From NCBI GenBank assembly GCA_964618385.1, contig CAZUAN010000002.1, positions 1 through 44,980 on the forward strand: DNA of 44,980 nt, written 5' to 3'. This document shows, one piece after another, positions 40,716 through 44,980 of this stretch (the stretch's first letter is position 1; the number at the start of each line of letters is the position of its first letter). The notes beneath the pieces are model-generated. The model saw only the letters and a list, made by a program, of their open reading frames with translations, had not been told where the DNA came from and made no database searches. The position numbers and the translations under genes are program-made. Origin of the DNA: an uncultured Oscillospiraceae bacterium. Lineage in GTDB: Bacteria; Bacillota; Clostridia; Oscillospirales; Oscillospiraceae.

Positions 40716-41642
40716 TTGTCTATCGTGCCAACGGATATACCCATGACCTCCGCTCTGTGCGAGCAGAGCATTCGCGATCTTACACAGGCCTATCCCTTTA
40801 TCCGTACCGAGGTTTTGACCACCACCGCTTTTGGACGCCCGGTGCAGGCGCTGACCCTGGGTGACGGGGAACGGAAGGTTCTGTATACCGCCGCCCACCA
40901 TGCCAATGAATGGATCACAACGCCGGTGCTGCTGAAATTCCTGGAGGACCTGGCAGAGGCGATTCAAAGCGGGGGAAAACTCTACGGCGTGGATGCCCGG
41001 AACATCCGAAACGCTGCCACCATCTGCATAGTTCCCATGGTGGATCCCGACGGCGTCGATCTGGTTACCGGCGCCATTGAGACAGGAACGCTGGAATCCG
41101 AAACCGCCCATCGTATGGCGGACCATTATCCCAACATTCCCTTCCCCGACGGCTGGAAGGCCAACCTGCTGGGCGTTGACCTGAACCTGCAATATCCCGC
41201 CGGGTGGCTCCAGGCTAGGGAAATCAAGTTTTCCCAGGGCTATACCCGTCCAGGCCCCCGGGACTATGTAGGCCGCGCCCCGCTGAACCAGCGGGAATCC
41301 ATCGCCCTGGCGGAATATACCGAGGCCGTTGACCCGGCCCTGGTGCTGGCCTACCACACCCAGGGGAAGGTTATTTACTGGCAGTTCCAGGACTACGAGG
41401 TTCCCGGGGCCAGGGCGCTGGGGGAGGAATTTGCCCGGCTCAGCGGCTATGACCTGGCAGATACGCCCTATGAGTCCAGCTTCGCCGGATATAAGGACTG
41501 GTTTATTCAGAATTTCCGCCGCCCCGGTTACACCATCGAGGCGGGGTCGGGAACCAACCCGCTTCCCATTGCGCAATTCGAGGAGATCTACCGGGACAAT
41601 CTGGGAATCCTGGTAACCGCCGCTCTGGGCCTGCGTTCGTAA
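40716..41642 (+). CDS. M14 family gamma-D-glutamyl-meso-diaminopimelate peptidase-like protein
   Basis: AAHHANEWIT (HxxE), VPMVDPDGVDL, WKANLLGVDLN, LAYHTQG, GYKDWF, GYTIEAG; start placed at TTG 40716 after GAGGTG. Confidence 0.88.
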   Translation: MSIVPTDIPMTSALCEQSIRDLTQAYPFIRTEVLTTTAFGRPVQALTLGDGERKVLYTAAHHANEWITTPVLLKFLEDLAEAIQSGGKLYGVDARNIRNAATICIVPMVDPDGVDLVTGAIETGTLESETAHRMADHYPNIPFPDGWKANLLGVDLNLQYPAGWLQAREIKFSQGYTRPGPRDYVGRAPLNQRESIALAEYTEAVDPALVLAYHTQGKVIYWQFQDYEVPGARALGEEFARLSGYDLADTPYESSFAGYKDWFIQNFRRPGYTIEAGSGTNPLPIAQFEEIYRDNLGILVTAALGLRS

Positions 41643-41673
41643 TCCCGCGCCGCCCGCTGGGGCAAAATAGCGG

Positions 41674-41735
41674 ATACGGATATTCGATAAAGGGGCTCCG
41701 TTCGCCGGAACCAACCGAAATCGGAATATCCGTAC
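41674..41735. repeat. Related palindromic module (ATACGGATATTC...GAATATCCGTAC)
   Basis: Terminal IR resembles the reverse complement of the copy A end (ATACTGATATTCC); internal AAAGGGGCTCCGTTCGCCGGA resembles 38358-38390. Confidence 0.5.
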
Positions 41736-41750
41736 GAGCTGTTTCCCCTC

Positions 41751-41916
41751 ATACTGTTTCTTCCCGAAACCGAACGGTTTCGGGAAGAAAAATTGCCTGA
41801 CGGTGCTGTCCTCCTGTGGCGAATTGCCGCAGAAGCCGTCTGCTGCAGTTCTGACAAAAACGGAATGCGCTTCACGCCGGAAAACGGCTTGTAACCGTTT
41901 TTATAAGAACCGGTAT
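41751..41916. repeat. Modular palindromic element, copy C
   Basis: ATACTG-TTTCTTCCCGAAACCG-AA-CGGTTTCGGGAAGAAA; GCCTGACGGT; CTGTGGCG/TGCCGCAG; AAGCCGTCT; ends ...TATAAGAACCGGTAT. Confidence 0.75.
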
Positions 41917-41940
41917 CTGTCTGCTTGGCCCGTTTGTCCG

Positions 41941-43419
41941 TCAGTCTTCTGCGTGGGGCTTTGCAAGAGGATGGGCATCCCCGCCGCTGGCAAAGCAGGG
42001 TTCAATGGGAACATTCCTGGTAAGCAGGGAAACCGCCACGATCACCACGCTGGAGACAAGGCAGCCGGCAATGGCGCCATAGCTGGAAAAAAAGGGAAGC
42101 TGAGACACGATCACACCGGAGAGAATCCCGCATCTGGCCCCCCAGGGTGTGATTTTGCTGTTGCATTTGCCCATTTCATGCTCCCCCTTGTGATCCTTCC
42201 AGAACATGCCAATGGTCAGAAGCGGCACCAGTCCCACTCCTGCGATGGTATAAGCTTTGCTCAGCAGGGAAAGCACCGTCTGCGCGTAGATTCCACAGAA
42301 GCAGGAGATCACGCCGATGATAACCGTCGCGATTTTCGCAGAACGCACCATCTGGCGGTCGTTCTGTTTGGAAAACGGGTGAATCACATCGTTGACGATC
42401 AGTACGGCGGAGGAATTCAGGCAGGAGTCCGCCGTGGACATACCCGCGCACAGCACCAGCACAAAGACAGCGGCGCACAGAACGGGCGGCATACAGTTCA
42501 TCATAAACCAGGGCATGGCGGAATTGGCATCCAGATCCTGATTATAGGTCACAATGATAATCCCGACCACAGCCGTCATCAGCACAAACACCAGGCAAAT
42601 GATTCCGCTCCACAGCATACTGCGCTTGGCGGTTTTGGCTGTCCTGCAGCCAAAGCAGCGCTGCCAGTAGGCCTGGAAAGACATGACGCCGATCAGTCCG
42701 GTGACAAACTTGTTAACCGCTCCCCAGATATCCAGATTCGCAAAGCTCAGCAGGTTTTCCTTCCCCACCGCTGCCAGGCGGCTTTGAAGCACTTCCATGC
42801 TGAAATCGATGCGGCTGAACGCAAACAGATAGAAGACAATTCCCACCGCCAGGCACAGGATACCCTGAAACAGATCCGTCCAAACCACGCTGTAAACGCC
42901 CCCTGTAACGGTGTACACAATAAAGATTGCGGAGAACAGGATGACAATCGGCACAGAGCCGGAACCGGTAAACACCTCGAACAGATCGCCAAAGGCTTTC
43001 CCCTGGCTTCCAATGCAGGAAATCATGATAATGCTGGCAAGAATCCCGCACATGGCGCGGGTCAGCTTATCCCGGACGATGAGATCATCAATCAGTTCCG
43101 GCATGGTATTATAAGTAAATTTGCCGATGATCCCGGCGAAAACCAGGGCAAATACAATTTTTGATCCCTGCTCCCCCAGAATAAAAGCAAAAATACCGAC
43201 GCCCTGCTCATAGGCGTTTCCCGCGTGGGCAAAAAAGTTGGATACGCCCATAATACTGGCAAACTGCGTAAAGAAAACCAGCAGCATGCTGAAAGACGCG
43301 CCGCCAATGGCGTACTGGGAAAAGCTCTCCTTTGCCTTTCCGCTTACCTTCCAGGAGATCAGCAGGAAGATTCCGCAGACCAGTGCTGTAAGGATGAAGA
43401 AAATTGTGGACATTTCCAT
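41941..43419 (-). CDS. Sodium:solute symporter (SSS) family transporter
   Basis: About 13 TM helices; YTVTGGVYSVVWTDLFQG, FQAYWQR, AGMSTADSCL..SAVLIVND. Confidence 0.9.
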   Translation of the reverse strand: MEMSTIFFILTALVCGIFLLISWKVSGKAKESFSQYAIGGASFSMLLVFFTQFASIMGVSNFFAHAGNAYEQGVGIFAFILGEQGSKIVFALVFAGIIGKFTYNTMPELIDDLIVRDKLTRAMCGILASIIMISCIGSQGKAFGDLFEVFTGSGSVPIVILFSAIFIVYTVTGGVYSVVWTDLFQGILCLAVGIVFYLFAFSRIDFSMEVLQSRLAAVGKENLLSFANLDIWGAVNKFVTGLIGVMSFQAYWQRCFGCRTAKTAKRSMLWSGIICLVFVLMTAVVGIIIVTYNQDLDANSAMPWFMMNCMPPVLCAAVFVLVLCAGMSTADSCLNSSAVLIVNDVIHPFSKQNDRQMVRSAKIATVIIGVISCFCGIYAQTVLSLLSKAYTIAGVGLVPLLTIGMFWKDHKGEHEMGKCNSKITPWGARCGILSGVIVSQLPFFSSYGAIAGCLVSSVVIVAVSLLTRNVPIEPCFASGGDAHPLAKPHAED

Positions 43420-43449
43420 AGAAATCCCTCCTGAGAAAGAATATAATTC

Positions 43450-43478
43450 ATTTTATATCAACTTTTGATAAAAGTCAA
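43450..43478 (-). promoter_or_regulatory. SigA promoter for the symporter with a palindrome in the spacer
   Basis: Minus strand TTGACT-17 bp-TAAAAT; TATCAA-CTT-TTGATA at 43456-43470. Confidence 0.65.
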
Positions 43479-43501
43479 CCGTTTTTCGTCATTTTGCCAT
43501 G

Positions 43502-43530
43502 TTGACAAAGCTTTTTGGCCGGTGTATGAT
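43502..43530 (+). promoter_or_regulatory. SigA promoter for the MarR gene
   Basis: TTGACA-17 bp-TATGAT. Confidence 0.7.
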
Positions 43531-43556
43531 TTCTCAGGGAAAGGAAGGAATGATCT

Positions 43557-43997
43557 GTGGAAGAAGAAACCGCTTTTGATCATACTCTGCTTCTGCAATT
43601 GCAGCCCTTGCTTGCCAAGGTCGTGATCTCCAATTACGGCTTGAAAGAGTTTGGCTACACAAAATCGCAATTTCAAATCTTCTCCGCATTGCTGCTGCGC
43701 GGGGATCTGACTATGGGACAAGCTGCCGGCTTTATCGGCTCCTCCAAGGAACAGGCTACCCGCGCGGTTGCCCCTCTGGTAGAGGACGGCTTGGTCGAGC
43801 GATACATCGATCCGAAAAATCGAACCCGCATTCACATTCGCCTGACAGACCATGGGAAATCGTTTGTCGCCCGGTGCCGAAGCCGCTTCGATGACAATTT
43901 GGACATTGCCTTGGACAAGGCGCTTTCTCAGGATGAGAAGGGAGAATTGTTTCAATCGGTTCGGACGGTCATCCGTCTTCTGAGTAAACTGGGGTAA
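43557..43997 (+). CDS. MarR family transcriptional regulator
   Basis: TKSQFQIF..LTMGQAAGFIGSSKEQATRAVAPLVEDGLVERYIDPKNR..IRLTDHG (winged helix). Confidence 0.9.
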   Translation: MEEETAFDHTLLLQLQPLLAKVVISNYGLKEFGYTKSQFQIFSALLLRGDLTMGQAAGFIGSSKEQATRAVAPLVEDGLVERYIDPKNRTRIHIRLTDHGKSFVARCRSRFDDNLDIALDKALSQDEKGELFQSVRTVIRLLSKLG

Positions 43998-44141
43998 GAC
44001 GGCTTACTTTGCTTCCCTGCCGCACGGTTATGGGAAAGCGGCAGGGCACGCCGTCCTATGCGCGCAATTCATATCATCAGGCAGTTTCTATCCCCCCGGT
44101 AATCCGCGCTGTCATGAAAATAATCGGGAAAGATTCGTTTC

Positions 44142-44169
44142 ATACTGTTTCTTTATAAAGAAGCAGTAT
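44142..44169. repeat. Collapsed copy D of the palindromic element
   Basis: ATACTGTTTCTTTA|TAAAGAAGCAGTAT; its first 18 nt are identical to the start of copy A. Confidence 0.7.
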
Positions 44170-44195
44170 CACAGCAGAAACTTCTCCGCAACGCC

Positions 44196-44232
44196 AAAAT
44201 CCGCCGGAAGCCAAAGGCTTCCGGCGGATTTT
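44196..44232. terminator. Bidirectional terminator between MarR and the pilin-like gene
   Basis: AAAATCCGCCGGAAGCC-AAA-GGCTTCCGGCGGATTTT, perfect 17-bp IR. Confidence 0.85.
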
Positions 44233-44235
44233 CCG

Positions 44236-44802
44236 TCATTTTCTTCGCCGTCTGTCCGCGCATAGAACCAGTCCCACTCCGGAAAGTACCATTCCCATAG
44301 CGGCAAGGATCGGCGCAGGATGCTGGCCGGTGGGCGGCGCTTGCTCCGCAATCTGCAGAATTTCCGGGTAAATCTGCACATTCCACTCCCCCAAACAGGG
44401 CAGCGCGATCAGCAAGGGCCGGATGTAGAATTCATCCTCCGTCGCGGTCTGCACCAGCAGATACAGCCCCTCCTCCAGCCGGGAAAAGGCCGCACTGCCA
44501 TCCGCATCCAGAATCCGAGGCATTCCCTCCCTGACGTCCAGCCCCGCCAGCCACTGCGCCAGATATGGCGAGAGCGCGTCTTCCTCTCTGACCATTCCGC
44601 CGCCGAAAGCCTCTTCCAGCCGGTATCCCTGTGCAATCCGTATCCCCACCTGATACAGCATCACTTCGCCGCCGGCAACCGGCTGTTCCCCGTTTTGCAG
44701 TGTAACCCGGATCGAGCCGGTTTCCTCTGCCGCCGCTGCCTGCATTCCCAGGTATGGCAGCAGAAGAACCGCAAACAGCACCATCCACATTCGTCTGAGC
44801 AT
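44236..44802 (-). CDS. Sortase-anchored pilin-like (single CnaB/prealbumin-like domain) surface protein
   Basis: Signal peptide MLRRMWMVLF..AAA; TGSIRVTL, LYQVG, DADGSAAFSRLEEGLYLLVQT; C-terminal PPTG + TM + RRRRK. Confidence 0.75.
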   Translation of the reverse strand: MLRRMWMVLFAVLLLPYLGMQAAAAEETGSIRVTLQNGEQPVAGGEVMLYQVGIRIAQGYRLEEAFGGGMVREEDALSPYLAQWLAGLDVREGMPRILDADGSAAFSRLEEGLYLLVQTATEDEFYIRPLLIALPCLGEWNVQIYPEILQIAEQAPPTGQHPAPILAAMGMVLSGVGLVLCADRRRRK

Positions 44803-44911
44803 CCCCAATTCCCCCTTCGTAATACTGCCCTATCAGTATACACAGCCCATCCAAAAGAAGATGTCGAAGGGGGCTTATGGCAAAAAAATCGCCCTTGGCC
44901 AAGGGGCTGTA

Positions 44912-44969
44912 ATACTAGTTCTTATGAAAAAGGTTAAAAACCTTTTTATAGCACCGCAGGTGCGTTAAG
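44912..44969. repeat. Copy E: inverted near-identical copy of the second module of element B (may continue past the window end)
   Basis: 54/58 nt match to the reverse complement of 36679-36736 by manual alignment. Confidence 0.85.
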
Positions 44970-44980
44970 GAATCTCTGAT

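Overview
A ~58-60% GC (visual estimate) bacterial chromosomal segment, most consistent with a spore-forming Clostridia, probably Oscillospiraceae-like (inferred from gene order, protein families and sporulation-type promoters). Positions 1-36.4 kb are mostly housekeeping genes: priA (partial)-rpoZ-gmk-remA-yicC-rseC-cdaR-cdaA; a cysteine desulfurase plus DUF3343; divergent fba and PPi-type pfk; asnS; an LtaS-like gene; a complete F1Fo operon whose c subunit has a two-carboxylate Na+ motif; recD2-comF-mreB-like; rpsU; leuS-rsfS-nadD/yqeK fusion-yhbY-rdgB-ftsY-smc. Positions 36.6-45 kb form an accessory-looking block: GtrII-like glucosyltransferase, DUF305, AbrB regulator plus MGT glycosyltransferase, M14 peptidase, MarR plus sodium:solute symporter, and a sortase-anchored pilin-like protein. 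The most unusual signal is non-coding. A modular family of intergenic palindromic elements with ATAC(T/C)G...C(A/G/T)GTAT ends occurs at about 11.8, 21.7, 36.6, 41.7, 44.1, 44.8 and 44.9 kb. The stems show compensatory changes between copies, two copies start at predicted transcription starts, and two near-identical inverted copies bracket the accessory block. I saw no rRNA, tRNA, CRISPR array, transposase or integrase. All calls come from reading motifs by eye; no database search was run.
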